Notes: generated by a model not told the origin, from the sequence alone. A DNA stretch of 64,000 nt from Octopus sinensis (GCF_006345805.1 NC_043010.1:2852001-2916000); one strand, 5' to 3'; shown: positions 39,944 through 53,930, numbered from the stretch's first letter. A program made the numbers and translations.

Positions 39944-40522
39944 CACTCACATGCATACATATATATCCTGTTTTTTTTTTTACTGATATTGTATATTTAG
40001 GATTACATAATCTAATGTGTCCTTTCTCTAAAACAACAGCATAATTTAGAGGAAAATTAGTTGCTATTTCTAACAAGGCAAATAACCATCAAATTAGGGG
40101 TCCAGTGTTAGCTTGAATAGGTATCAGTAATATATTCAATCAACTATAATAATTGCTCTTTAGAAAAGTTGAAAGAAAGCAAAAAAAAAAAAAGTATTGG
40201 CTTTGTAATAATTGTTTTGAAAGATATCAATTTTATTCCCTAAAACAATATTTTGTTCCTGACATAGCTTTAAGTGGTGAAACTAAAGTGGTGACAGCAG
40301 GTCTTTTAATACAATTTTTATTTCAATTTTCATTCTTCAATTTAAAAATTTTTTTCTTCTTTGTTTTTTTTTGTTTTTTTTTTTACCATTTTAAATTCAA
40401 ATCAGTCAAAAAGAAAGACTGAAATGCAAAAAACAAAAATTTGAAGTAAAAGGAGAAATAACAAAATGAAAGAGTGAAAAAATATATACATTGCACAAAT
40501 TGATTATTATAATTATTATTAA

Positions 40523-40561
<39 letters not shown>

Positions 40562-41718
40562 CATTATTATTATTATTATTAGTAGTAGTAGTATTATTAT
40601 TGTTGTTATTATTGTTGTTGTTGTTGTTGTTGTTATCATCATTATTATTATCTTTATTATTAAGGATTTGGTTGTTCGGGACACTGAAGAAAACTGTTAA
40701 CATTTGGCCTGCTATAAATGGATATTGCTATCTTCCAAATCTCAACATTTTTAATGCTTGTGAAAGAAACGAAACAAAGCAATAAATATATAAAATATAA
40801 GATAAAAAAAAATAAATTTTTTTTTAGAAAAATAAAAGAATGAAAAAATGGAATATGGTGTCAATTTCTTCCCCAAAAAGTGTCGCCACTTTTATGGAAA
40901 TTGCACACACAACTGAAAAATGAAATCACCTGTCTACTGCAGCTGTTAAGAGTGAGCATTTTTTGAAAGATAAAGATAGGAATACATTAGCTGGTAATTA
41001 TTAAGTGGAGGCAAAATGCAAAACAGTAACACCATGGCATATTGTTGCTGTTGTTTTTATTTTTATTATTAATAATAATGATAATAATAATAATAATAAT
41101 AACAGTGATTAGGCCTTAGGGGTCTGTATATGCAATACAGACTGTGTTATACAAAATCAGTTACAAAGTGGGTGAGGATGTACACATACATATTTTAAAT
41201 GGGAGGATGAGTGTAGGGAATGTGATACACTATATCGAGTCTGGTTAAAAATGTGGCAAATGAGATGTTTTCACATAAGGGCAGCCTATCCATATAAGGA
41301 GTAAGGAGCTACCACACTTCAGTAGGATTAAGACATCTTTGTAATTCTGACCATCTCCTGCTCTGATCACCTTCTGGGAACTGACTCCTCCAAATTTATC
41401 TGTGAGCATCTTAAAGGTTTGGAAGCTGTGAAGTCTCTTGTAACCCTTGAGAACTGGTTCATTTGTCATATGTAGACTTGCTGTGTTAATTTTACCAACA
41501 ACCTCTCAAATTTATATTTTCTCTGTAAAAATCAGCAAAATATTCCACACTTTCTCCTCTGCTGATTCAACATTTATGTTAGATTTTTGGTGTTGATTCT
41601 GACTATCCCCTGCAGTTTTCCACCACAACAATGTAGCAGAACACTGCTGCTTGCAGCCTCTGGTCAGTCCTCTGCTGAAAGAGGAAACTACTTAGCTTTT
41701 CAGTGTCCTATCACAGTA

Positions 41719-41878
41719 TATTTCTTTACTGCCCACAAGGGGCTAAACATAGAGGGGACAAACAAGGACAGACAAATGGATTAAGTCGATTAGATCGACC
41801 CCAGTACGAAACTGGTACTTAATTTATCGACCCCGAAAGGATGAAAGGCAAAGTCGACCTCACGGAATTTGAACTCAG
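41719..41878 (-). mobile_element. 5'-truncated SINE family A with 10-bp TSD
   Basis: TSD tatcacagta at 41709-41718 and 41879-41888; truncated at the B box. Confidence 0.9.
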
Positions 41879-42480
41879 TATCACAGTAGTAGCCCTGGAT
41901 GCTGATGGTACTGAGGATGGGGCAGTGTCATTTCCTTCCACTTGAGCTATACTTGGAGCTGCAATTTGCGGTGCTCGACATCCATGGCCTTCATCTCTTA
42001 AGATTGCTGTTTTTACTGTTGTCTGCTGCTCTTGTTCTTTTTTCTTCCTTTGGATAGAAGACCCTTTACTCTCACACATATAAAAACTGTACCTTTTGCC
42101 CAGCCCCAACAGCCTAATTCGCTTGTCCTTCACTCAATGGGATAGAGATCGAGGATTACTTTATGGTCTTCTGTGGTCATCATGACCTGGATTATAATAC
42201 TGACCCCCATCATACCATATATCATTCTTGGCCACCCCTGTATCATCAACTGACTACATCCCAAAGCTAATGACCAGCCATGATTCAATGTCATTACAGG
42301 GATATCTAGCTGTGACCTTTGTACTTCTTACCCCCAATTAGTCACCAGTTCAACCTATCTCCTCGCTTCAGCCCTGGTTTGTAAAACTAAGCATGTACTT
42401 CCATATACCATGCCCATTGATTAGGGCTCGCTCATCATCCAGAGCTTCCTCTTCTCATTCGATGGTATTCTTTCTTTCCT

Positions 42481-42524
<44 letters not shown>

Positions 42525-42528
<4 letters not shown>

Positions 42529-42903
42529 TTATTTGTTTCAGTCATTTGACTGCAGCCATGCTGGAGCACCGCCTTTAGTCGAGCAAATCGACCCCAGGAC
42601 TTATTCTTTGTAAGCCTAGTACTTATTCTATCAGTCTCTCTTGTTGAACCACTAAGTGACGGGGACGTTAACACACCAGCATCGGTTGTCAAGTGATGTT
42701 GGGGGGACAAACACAGACACACAAACACACACACACACATGCATATATATACGACGAGCTTCTTTCAGTTTCCATCTACCAAATCCACTCAAAAGGGTTT
42801 TGTCGGCCCGAGGCTAGAGTAGAAGACACTTGCCCAAGGTGCCGTGCAGTGGGACTGAACCCAGAACCTTGTGGTTGGTAAGCAAGCTACTTACCACACA
42901 GCC
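42525..42903 (-). mobile_element. SINE family B, full length, CpG-retaining (young), followed by (CTTT)n
   Basis: Complete tRNA-like head, CA microsatellite core and tail. Confidence 0.92.
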
Positions 42904-43325
42904 TTCCTTTTTAAATAATATGTCATCTTTCACTTTGCTTTTACTGATTAATATTTTCAATAAGGAAGTTCTCTTTTTTGTAACATACATCTTTCTTGCT
43001 CTTTTCTTTTCTCCCTAGAACTAACAACAACAAGCATTTTCTTCTGGCTTGCAATATTTGCAAAAGATGAGCTACTCTGTTGTTGTTAGTAAGGATTTGG
43101 TAGTATCACAAATGTCTCGGTTTTTGTTTGCAGCTATGCTATTAGTATGTTTCAGTTTGTTTGTTTTTTTGTCACTTTTCCTGTCTATCTTTAAATCCAT
43201 TTATGTGATTTTTCAAAAACTCTGGAGAATATTTACTGTTCCTATCTTTGTGGTTAGCTCATCAGTCCACTACACCAGAGTGGGGTTCCACTGATAAATA
43301 AACTAAAATAGATGTTCATAAAAAG

Positions 43326-43502
43326 CATGGTTATGTGGTAAAGACGCTGGTCCCCAACTACATAGTTCTGAGTTCAATCTTACTGCATAACATCTAGAGC
43401 ATCTTCTACTATAGCCCTAGTTACTAACCAAAGCCTTGTGAGCAGATTTTGTTGAAGGAAACTGAAAGAAGCCTGTCGTGTGTGTGTGTGCGAGTGTGTA
43501 TA

Positions 43503-43572
<70 letters not shown>

Positions 43573-43606
43573 GATATATATATTATATATATTATATATT
43601 ATATAT

Positions 43607-43646
<40 letters not shown>

Positions 43647-43880
43647 AGTATATGTATTTATCTATGTATTTGTGTTGTGCATATGCTCACCACCACCACC
43701 ACCACCACCACTTGGCAACTGCTGTTGGTTTGTTTATGTCCCTGTTACCTAGCAGCTCAAGAAAAGAAATCAATAGAATAAGTACCCGACTTATAAAAAC
43801 TTCTGCAGTTGAGTTGTTTGAGTAAAGCCTTTATAGAATGCCCCAGCATGGCTGCAATGCAAAGACTGAAAGAAGTAAAT
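43326..43880 (+). mobile_element. SINE family B with expanded internal (TA)n
   Basis: Head 43326-43490, TA array about 43500-43660, tail to about 43880. Confidence 0.75.
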
Positions 43881-44472
43881 GGTAAAAGCTAAAAGATAGA
43901 ATAAAGTCTTAGACAATCCTTGGTTTTCTATTTCAGAGAAATGGGAAAGATGCTGAAATGTTTCAAAGCTCTTTACGGTAAAATAATTTTTTTTTCCGTT
44001 TTCCCTCTGGAAGAAAATGTCTTCTAAATAAAGCTCTGTGAAATGTGACCATTTACAGTAAAAAATAACAATAACAACAACAATGAATACGATAATGATA
44101 ATGATGATGATAATTATAATAACAGAAATAATTTTTAACATTTTTGAAATTGAAAATTACCTGTAACTATCAAATATTAACTCTTAAGCATTCAGATTAC
44201 TCTGCCAAATATAATGCAAGGCATATTTATTCAATTTGTTTTGAATCAAACCTGCATTATTCCAAAGCTTCAATATTTCAGTGATGTGAATGCTTATTTT
44301 TAGAATGACATTATAGGGTATGTGTGAGAAGTTTGATCTGGCCATAAAGTAAAAGTATAATATGCAGGCCTGATGTAGTCAGTGCAAATGCTGCAGGGTC
44401 GAACGTGTGTTTTATTTAGCACACTGGCTGAAGCATCAGTTTGAGTATTCATACTGCAATTATTCATGATAG

Positions 44473-44862
44473 GTGGAGGCGCAATGGCCCAGTGGTTAGG
44501 GCAGCGGACTTGCGGTCGTAGGATCGCGGTTTCGATTCCCAGACTGGGCGTTGTGAGTGTTTATTGAGCGAAAACACCTAAAGCTCCACGAGGCTCCGGC
44601 AGGGGATGGTGGTGATCCCTGTTGTACTCTTTCACCACAACTTTCTCTCACTCTTACTTCCTGTTTCTGTTGTACCTGTATTTCAAAGGGCCGGCCTTGT
44701 CACTCTCTGTGTCACGCTGAATATCCCCGAGAACTACGTTAAGGGTACACGTGTCTGTGGAGTGCTCAGCCACTTACATGTTAATTTCACGAGCAGGCTG
44801 TTCCATTGATCAGATCAACCGGAACCCTCATCGTCGTAACCAATGGAGTGCTTCCAAAAAAA
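44473..44862 (+). mobile_element. tRNA-derived SINE (390 bp), young, short A tail, 11-bp TSD
   Basis: A box tggcccagtgg, B box ggtttcgattcc; TSD attcatgatag at 44462-44472 and 44863-44873. Confidence 0.9.
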
Positions 44863-45494
44863 ATTCATGATAGACAGGGAAAAATGGGACTCTGCAAGCT
44901 GTATATGGTAATTAGTTTAATCATGAGCCCTAATAAAGGTAGTTATACCTTTCGTTTCTCATCAGCCATGACAGGAATTATAATCAAAAAACATTTTCAT
45001 AATGTTTCTCATATTCTCATAAAAGAAGGGTAATAAACGTCCATTCTGTTGCAAGCATAATGGCCAAGTCTTTCTTTTGAGGATACTTTCCTCTCTTTTT
45101 CTTAAGACCCTAGAAGGAAACATGTGTGCTGCCTTTTTATTCTGCCTATCCATCCATCCACCCATTTTTTCAGCCCACTCTGTCTGGGGAAGTTTTGCAG
45201 GTAAAGTTCTCAGGTATCTTCTTCTTAGGTCCTACGAGAAGTAAAATATCATTGCACTTTACTATTACCCAAGCATGACCCAATGCGACTGGATATTATC
45301 CACCTGTCTCCTCATTGGTCTAACCTGGGGGTTAATTGTTTTAGGTGCCTCTATGGTTGAGAGCAATCACAGGCACCTTCTCTGCCTCACTCTTAGTTCA
45401 TTGGAACATCCAGGATGTGACAGCTGGTGTGTGTGTGCGAGAGAGAGAGAGAGAGAGAGAGAGCTGCTCCAGCATCTTGGCTGGTATTCATTAG

Positions 45495-45840
45495 CGCCGC
45501 CTCGACTGGCTTCTGTGCCGGTGGCACATAAAAAGCACCATCCGAACGTGGCCGATGCCTGCGCCGCCTTGGCTGGCTTCCGTGCCGGTGGCACATTAAA
45601 AGCACCAACCAATCATGGCCGATGCCAGATCCCCCCCCCTGGCACCTGTGCAGGTGGCACGTAAAAAGCACCCACTACACTCGCGGAGTGGTTGGCGTTA
45701 GGAAGAGCATCCAGCCGTAGAAACACTGCCAGATCAGACTGGAGCCTGGTGCAGCCCCTGGCTTCCCAGACCCTGGTCGAACCGTCCAACCCGTGCTAGC
45801 GCGGAAAACGGACGTTAAACGATGATGATGATGATGATGA
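45495..45840 (+). mobile_element. SINE family D with three internal ~65-bp repeats and an RTE-like (GAT)n tail
   Basis: Repeated gccggtggcac(g/a)taaaaagcacc units, conserved ggcgttaggaagagcatccagccgtagaa core, tail cggacgttaaac(gat)n. GC- and CpG-rich, hence young. Confidence 0.85.
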
Positions 45841-46341
45841 AGCAATATTTAATAAAGCATCTTCCTCAAGAACAACATGCTGCTTGGTCCAAGAACTGAG
45901 CCCACAAATCCCCTAACTATTAGGCCATATGCCTTTGTAAAAAGATGTACCAGACGCTTAAAAATAATGGAAAAATATACAAAGAAAGCATTTCCGGTTA
46001 TAACAGAAACTTCAAATAACTTGAAAATTTGTATTGACAAACAGGAACCAAAACTACATAGTTACTTCTTTTGTTTTGTTTTTGCTTTATATGATTATTA
46101 TTATTCTTAAAGTTGTGGGCCGGGAAAACTGTTTGCACACTGGAAAAAAATGCTTAGTGGCATTCCGTCTGTCTTTACATTCTGAAACTCAAACTTCACT
46201 GAGGTCAACTTTGTCTTTCTTCTTTTTGGGTTAATAAAATAAGTTCCAGTCAAATACTGGGGTTGATGTAATCGATTGACCCCACTCAAAATAAAAAAAA
46301 CAAAAAACAACTGCTGGCCCTGTCTGCACTGAAATTTGAAA

Positions 46342-46382
<41 letters not shown>

Positions 46383-46566
46383 GTTGTGTTTTGTCAGGTT
46401 TAATTTGTACAAGCTGCGCCCAAATATCAGCCAGAGTTGTCGATGGGAAACAAGTTTTGCATCTAAGGATGCATTCAGGTGACATGCCATGCAACTGAAA
46501 AATTGATGTTGGTGTGTGATAAAAATTAAAGAGAAAAGAATTCCTTCATAATAATAATAATAATAA

Positions 46567-46610
<44 letters not shown>

Positions 46611-46612
<2 letters not shown>

Positions 46613-47148
46613 GCCCTGATGCAGTACCAGGCAGTGGCTCTCATGGCTTCTGATCTTAACTGATTGGAAGTGTTATCATGTACATTGTTTTGTCTTGGTA
46701 TAAAAGATGGGCTACAGCAAATATTCTGCTCAATACCACAGATTTGCTTGTCAGTTGTTTGACCTTAACCAGTTGAGCATGTCCCTTAGTGGCTGACGAT
46801 ATGTGCATCTCTGATCACGAGCAGAAGTAGTGGGGGAGCATCATAGCGGTGTGTTGAAAGGAATTCTTGGAAGTTTTGATAATTCACTTTTGGAAACATG
46901 GGCGTTTCGTTCAGCATCCATAAACAACCCTTATTCAGGAACCTTTTGAGCAGGATGGGTTACTGGACCAGAAGAAAATTCTAACTGGGTCCCACCTGCA
47001 AGGTCATGTGCTGTTTATCTTGATATGAGATCACATATGGTTGTGATGCCTAGAGTACCCTTATCAGACGGGTAGTCATGATGGGTATACTGGGCTTCGT
47101 ATATTTTACCCCAGTGTCACTTTGATGGCATGCACTGCTCTCTCACTC
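46611..47148. mobile_element. 538-bp element embedded in an (AAT)n array
   Basis: Complex sequence bounded exactly by (AAT)n at 46549-46610 and 47149-47220. No TIR, tRNA head or ORF recognised. Confidence 0.65.
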
Positions 47149-47536
<388 letters not shown>

Positions 47537-47783
47537 AAGATTGACATAACTCTGCATGAAGGCAAAATGCACAATAAGAAGAGTGCGATACAATTTGTAA
47601 TAAATAAAGATTGACTCTGTTTATTGGATTGAGCACTATTTCAACCTTCAACATTCAACTTCAATAAACAGTCTCAATCTCTTTTACAAATTGTATCATA
47701 TTCTTCTTATTGTGCAATGATAATAATAAATATGATTATTATTATTATTATTATTTTTAAGAATGTCTTTAAAGATAAATTAC

Positions 47784-50201
47784 CTGATAAGTTCCTTGAC
47801 TTATTTCTGGATGTTGTTGCTGGTGGTGCTGCTGCTGTTGATGCCGTAAAGATGAACTTTTCCAGGTATTATCTGAATGAGGGTCTCTCCTTAACACAGT
47901 TGCAGGGTGAATTCCTGGATGTGTCACCATTATGACTTGTCCGTCATTTTGTGGTGTCATTTGTTGACACATATATTCAGACTCTCCTCTATCACCAATA
48001 AATTTACTGCTTTGGTCTATTCCATCGGTATATAGAATATCTCTGTTATGATTTCTTCTTACAATGCATACAGTCACTGAAACTACAATGGCAACAGAAA
48101 CTATCACAGCTGCTACTACTATAATAATCATCAAATTAATATGTATTCTATTATCCGACTCTGTGTCTTCAGAGATGTACATTCTTGCTGTTGTATTGCT
48201 AACAGTTAGTGTCAAAAAGAGTGTAGTTGTTGCTGATAGAACTGGAGTACCGCTGTCTTTGACAGCTAATTCTAAATTATATGCTCCAGCATCATTTTGG
48301 TAAACGGTTCGAGAGAAAGATAAAACTCCTGTATAAGGGTTTACCTTAAATAGCTGTTTGTTATTGCCTCCAAATATTTCATACCTGAGGAAGGAATTTA
48401 CATGGCTGTCTCTATCAGAAGCTCTTAATGTTGTGATGTCACTCTTACTCTGCGGATGGTAGTGGACATCTAGATTGAAAGGGTTAACACTGGGAAATGT
48501 AAAATATGGTGTATTGTCATTTTTATCCATAACTTCAACAACAACAACTGCTGTACTGTTGAGTGAAGGTATACCATTGTCTTTGACTAAAACTTTAAAA
48601 TTAAAAACTTCTTGCTGTTCCCTGTCCAGTGGCTGAGTTGTTGAAATGAATCCAAAGTCAGATATTTCAAATGGAAGAAGGAGACCTTTGCTGTGACCAA
48701 TCAAAGAGTAAGTCAACTGACCTCCAAGCCCTAGATCAGGGTCTGTTGCATTAATATAGCCCACAGGGAAATTGGGTTCTTCATTTTCATAAGTAAGAAA
48801 TTTGAATGTATCTTTGGTGAAATGTGGTTGTACATCATTGACATCAAGCACTTGAATTGAGAACTCTCTAACAGTCTTCAAAGGTGGCGATCCATGATCC
48901 TCACAAGTAACAACCAAATCAACATGGTTGCTCTTCTCTTTGTCAATTTGTTTCATTACAACCACTTTGTACTTCTTTAGACCCAAACTCTTGAGCTGAA
49001 ATCCATTATTATTGAGGTCGCAGCTAACATTTCCATTTTCTCCAATGTCATTATCTGTGATTTTCATGAAAGCGATAAAGCTGCCTATTTTAACACCTTC
49101 AGAAATTGCGACTTTGTTTTCAGCTGATTTTGAAATAAAGTTCAAGTCAATAACTGGAGCATTATTTTGGTTGTTGTTTATATAAACCAACACAACTGCT
49201 GTTGAACTCGAAGGTGGATTTCCACCATCGGTAGCTTTCACGTATAGTTTATACATATTTTTAGAACCCGATGTGGTGTCTTTTATGATATAGATATCTC
49301 CTGTCTCTTTGTCCAGTCTAAAGAAAGTTCTTGTTAAAGCTGATGTTTTGGAACTGAACAAATATGAGATTTTTCCATTGTCACCTGAATCAAGATCAGT
49401 AGCTGACAAAGTAATAATTGGTCTCGATCTATCAAAGCCATTATTAACAGAAACATTATAGAGATTTTGACTAAATATTGGTAAGTTATCATTGACATCT
49501 GTAACTGAAATACTAATTTCTAAAAATCCTTGTTTTGTAGGAAATCCTTCGTCTCTGGCAATAATTTGTTCCTTGTAATGTTCATTTGTTTCACGATTTA
49601 ACTTCTCTTGTAAAATTAACTCCAGACTATCTGTGCCATCAACCTTCTTAGAAACAGATAATATAAATGGATCATTTAGATTTTTTTTTAAGTGGTAAGA
49701 TATTTTTGAATTTAAAACACCTACATCTTTGTCAATGGCATTGGGAATAAACTTTGCTGTTCCTCTGCCATCAGTTTCAGAGAATTGCAAATTGATTTGT
49801 TTCTCAGGAAACTCAGGTTGATTGTCATTAACATCTTCTATGATTATTTTTATTTCAAGAATTTTTACAAAGGACTCTTTGTTACGGACTGCAACATCCA
49901 CCATCTGGAAGCACTCTGTGTTATATTTACAGAGTGCTTCAGCATCCAACCTTTTGGCTGTGTAAAGTTTCCCAGACTCTGAGACGTTGAATAACTGTGA
50001 ACTAGTTGTTGCATCTTGCTGGAGTGTGCTAAACCAAATAAGGTTCTTCTCCTGGAATGGTACAATACCCAGGGTTTGTGTATCTACAGCAATGTTTCCA
50101 ACAAATGTTCCAGGGATCTGTTCTTCTTCTATATGATAAATATGGTCAATGCCAAACGATCTATCCACAAGCAACGGGAACAGCCACAAAATCACCAGCA
50201 T
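47784..50201 (-). CDS. Protocadherin, large coding exon (806 codons): signal peptide, EC1-EC6, transmembrane helix, proximal cytoplasmic tail
   Basis: ORF 47769-50201 (810 aa). Hydrophobic N-terminus MLVILWLFPLLVDRSFG; cadherin linkers DVNDNQP, DVNDNLP, DVNDVQP, DKNDNTP; DxD motifs (AIDKD, ATDLD, ITDND, ATDPD, ASDRD); LDAE/LNRE/IDKE/LDRE; EC1 C-x5-C loop (CKYNTEC); TM LMIIIVVAAVIVSVAIVVSVTVCIV. A splice donor CAG|GTAATT at 47784/47783 (phase 0) lies 4 codons before the ORF stop. Acceptor ttttttgttttttcag| at 50246, 44 nt upstream of the ATG. Family-level call only. Confidence 0.97.
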
Positions 50202-50245
50202 TTTTCTCTTTTCAAATTGCTGTTAGGTAAGCTGATACAGAAACT
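50202..50245 (-). other. 5' UTR part of the large protocadherin exon; gene has at least one upstream non-coding exon
   Basis: Strong polypyrimidine tract plus CAG at 50248-50246. No ATG between acceptor and start codon. A at -3 (aaaATG). Confidence 0.7.
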
Positions 50246-51722
50246 CTGAAAAAACAAAAAAGATAAAAGATTACAAACTGAAAATAAAAACTGTCAGAAT
50301 TTTTAGAATGACTTCAACATCAAGAAAAATATTCCATTTCAGATTCAGATTTCTTATCCCACTAAATATGAAGAAATGATTACCTCCCTTGTAATAGCTG
50401 TAACCACTAGGGAAATCACAAGTGTCTACCAAAAATATTTCTTGAAAATAAAACGACCAGCGTACTTTGAATAAAGGCTTTTGCAATATTAATATTTTGC
50501 ACTGAGTTACTGAGACACCCTTATTATTCATGCCACATAATAAATACAATGAATCAGTGATGAGTTCATTTGATATATGTGACCAAGAGTGCTAGTTCAC
50601 TGATTGTTATATAAAATATTAATAAGAATACCTTGACTGCATTTAGTTTTACCAAGTATACTAGCCTTCTGCTGGGTTACATCTTGACTAACTATAGCTT
50701 ACAATTAAAAATAGGTTAAAGTTACAGTTACAATTAGGTTCAAAAGTGTTATTGATGGTTAGTCTCAGGCCAACCATGACACAGCAGCCAGTCCAGTGAT
50801 GAAAGGCCATTGCAAACATGACAATACTCCATTTCATCTGAACTAAGGTATCTTGGATAACATTATTCAGCGTTTCCTAGTATAAGATGGTAGTGTAGGT
50901 GTAGTTTGAGGGAAATTCCGCAAATGATATCTAGCAAATTGCATGACCACCAAGGCAACTCCTCACTTGCTTTAATGTGACTCCCTCATAGACTGGAGAG
51001 GTCCAGCTGGTGGGTATTGATGTGTACTGCACCAATCTACTAGTTTTATCTCCATGACTATGGGGAACTACTTCCAATAAAATTTTGTGTCTGGTTCCAC
51101 TAATTATAATCTTTTTCTTTCTATTTTGTATATAATGTTGCGAAGGAAACAAAGAATGGATGAAAAAAGACTCTATTTAAAAGCTAAAATTATATTTAGC
51201 TTCACACAAGCACACAAACACACACAAACATACAACAAATAATGAACAAACGTAAATAAATAAATAAATAAATAAAGAGTGAAGAAAGAAAAGTAGAAGA
51301 GAAATAAACAAAGAAGTGAAAAGAGAATGAGAGTGAGAGAAGGAAGGATTGCTTCTTGAAAAGTAGAGAATAACTGCTTCTTGTTATAAGGCAAGAAGAG
51401 TTTTGAAAATGTTGTTGTTGCTGATAGAGTTTCTTTAATGATGGTGTCACAGACTGGGAATCACAAACAGCAAAAAGAAGAAAAAAAAGCCCAAAACTTT
51501 GAAGAAAGAGCAAATTGGCTTTGGTCACGTAACAGTTTTATAGAGACACACACACAAACATACACACACACAACACACACACACATCTATATATGTGTAT
51601 GTCTGTTTATCTATCTATCTACCTACTTAACTCTCTCTCTCTCTTTCTCTCTATTTATCTATCTGCCTATCTATCTATCTATCTTTTTGTCTGTCTATCT
51701 TTCTGTCTGCCTATCTATCTAT

Positions 51723-51759
<37 letters not shown>

Positions 51760-51839
51760 TGCTTAGAAAGAGAAAAATAGAGAGATAACATGAATTGTTC
51801 TAATGTTGGAAAATAATACTTTGTGGTATTTCTTCTAGC

Positions 51840-52420
51840 TCTTTACATCCTGGGTTCAAATCCCATCAAGGTCAACTTTCGCCTTTCATCCTTTCAGGGT
51901 TGATAAAATAAAGTATCACTCAAGGACTGAAATAGATTTAATATTTAGATAAAGCCTTCTAACTTTGAGTAGAATTGTAACTGAAGATTAAGACTTTGCC
52001 TTTTATCTTCCTGGATTTGATGAAATTAAGTAGCAGTCAAGTACTGGGACAGATTTATAATTCCTTTAAAGCATCTGATATATTAACAGAATTATAACAG
52101 AAGACTAGAACTAACTTCCACTTTCACCTTCCTGGTGTTCATAAAATGAAGTACCAATCAAATACAGATTTAGCTTTAATATTTCTTTGAAGAACCTTAG
52201 ATGTGAAAAGAATTATTATAGAAGACTAAAACTAACTTTGTCTTTCACTCTCTCAGTGTTCATAAAATAAGGTACCATTCAAATACAAGGGTAGATTTAA
52301 TATTTCTGTAAAGCATCGTAGATGTGAATAGAATTATTATAGAAAGCTAAGGTTAATGTTGACTTACATTCTTCCAGAGCTGATAAAATATACTACTAGT
52401 TAAGTACTGAGATTGATTGG
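51840..52420 (+). repeat. Degenerate ~120-bp tandem repeat, 5 units, built from a SINE-A body segment
   Basis: Equivalent positions at 51875, 51993, 52114, 52235, 52356 (periods 118, 121, 121, 121). Confidence 0.8.
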
Positions 52421-53795
52421 TGGTCTGCTGGTGCAAATCAGTCGACATTGTTGTCTGTGTTTTAGATAAAGCTATAGCTTTATAAGATCTGTTCAGAGTT
52501 GCCTCTCTTAGGTATTTCCGATTGATAAAAGCTAAGGAGCTAGAAACATTGATGTCTAAGAATCATGATAGATAGTAACACTGAATAGACATGGTGATTT
52601 TACACCTTTTTACCATTAGAGAAAATTTTCACTATGGTAACTGCAGTGAATTTGCTTTTTAGCAGTTGAAATATGTCAGAAACATATTTCAACTAACCTA
52701 AACTTTGCATATATTCCTATAAAATATTTTAGATGTAAAAGGGATTATCTGGAAAATTGTACTCTTCACTGCCTTAATCCATCTTGCTGCTTGTCACCCA
52801 ATAATATTACATACATTTTAAATTCCACCAAGGTCGACTTTGCCTTTTATACTTTCTAGGTTGATAAAATAAGTACCAGTTGAGCACTGGGGTTGATTTA
52901 ATTAACTTATCTCCTCCCTAGAAATAGCTGGCCTTGTGCCAAAACTTGGAACCAATATTACATGTCTGATCATGGATTTCAAACAATAGACTATACATTT
53001 GTAACTACATGGCCTCAGGTTCAGTCCTATTGTGTGGCACTTTGTGCAAGCATCTTCTATTATAACACCAAACCAATAGATACTTTGTGGGTGAAATTGA
53101 TTGATGGAAGCTGTACAGAAGCCTGTTTCACATATATATATATATGTATGTATTTGCATGTGTGTGTGTATATATATGTGTGTATATATATATATATATA
53201 TGTGTGGGGGGGTGTATGTATGTATGTAGGTATGTATATATACATTTGTGTGTATTAGTGTGTATGCTTTATGTTTGTCTCACACACCTTGACTATTGAT
53301 GTTTGTTTGTTTACAACCCTGTAACTTGGAATTTCAGCAAATTTAACTAAAGAGTAAGCACCAGATTTAAAATAAGTCCACATTGATTTGATTGACTAAA
53401 CCATTCTGAATTGTGCACCAGCATGGGCTGTAGTCCAGTAACAGAAACAAACAAAGGAACAAAAGAATCTATCACATTTCTAAGAGTCACCAGATCCTTA
53501 TCATTAGTTCTTAGGTTTTGCTGTCACATGTTAGCTGTGTTCTTTGACAGAAATCATGCAATGATGTGCAATTTTCTACAGAGGATTAATCTCCATATTA
53601 TCAACATAGGGAGGAGTTATTTAAGCTTCCATTCTTCTATTCGTTGTAAGTTTTAATCTTTAATTCATCTATCATTACTGGCTTATCCCCCACCTGCCGT
53701 GGTGATTTAGTTGGCAAAGATTTAAAGAAAGAAAATACTTCATTACTTCTGAATATACTTCACAGCAGGATATAGGTATATATGTATATACATAC

Positions 53796-53853
<58 letters not shown>

Positions 53854-53930
53854 TGTATGTATGTATGTATGTATATATATATACATACATACACGTGTGC
53901 ATATGTGTACATATAGACACGTGCATAAAC

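Noticed and set aside
41230-42430. GC-richer block with minus-strand ORFs (41819-42133, 41245-41469), considered as extra protocadherin exons
   Set aside because: No convincing acceptor/donor pair in phase. Part of the ORF comes from an inserted SINE, and removing it exposes a stop. Probably a decayed retroelement.
44473-44550. tRNA-like sequence (also 28846-28920, 20763-20820 and family A/B heads)
   Set aside because: A and B boxes are present, but there is no complete acceptor stem, and each continues into a SINE body with TSD or tail. These are SINE heads, not tRNA genes.
47800-47845. Poly-Q/H tract in the cytoplasmic tail (HQQQQHHQQQH)
   Set aside because: Short coding trinucleotide repeat, expected in such a microsatellite-rich genome, with no evidence of special function.
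51173-51528. ORF with a signal-peptide-like start (MTKANLLFLQSFGLFFLLFAVCDS)
   Set aside because: Low-complexity, T-rich sequence running into TATT repeats with no domain. More likely UTR or intron than a secreted peptide.
51840-52420. Repeat-spacer-like periodicity suggesting CRISPR
   Set aside because: Eukaryotic context. The apparent spacers are homologous to each other and the repeat part is SINE-derived.
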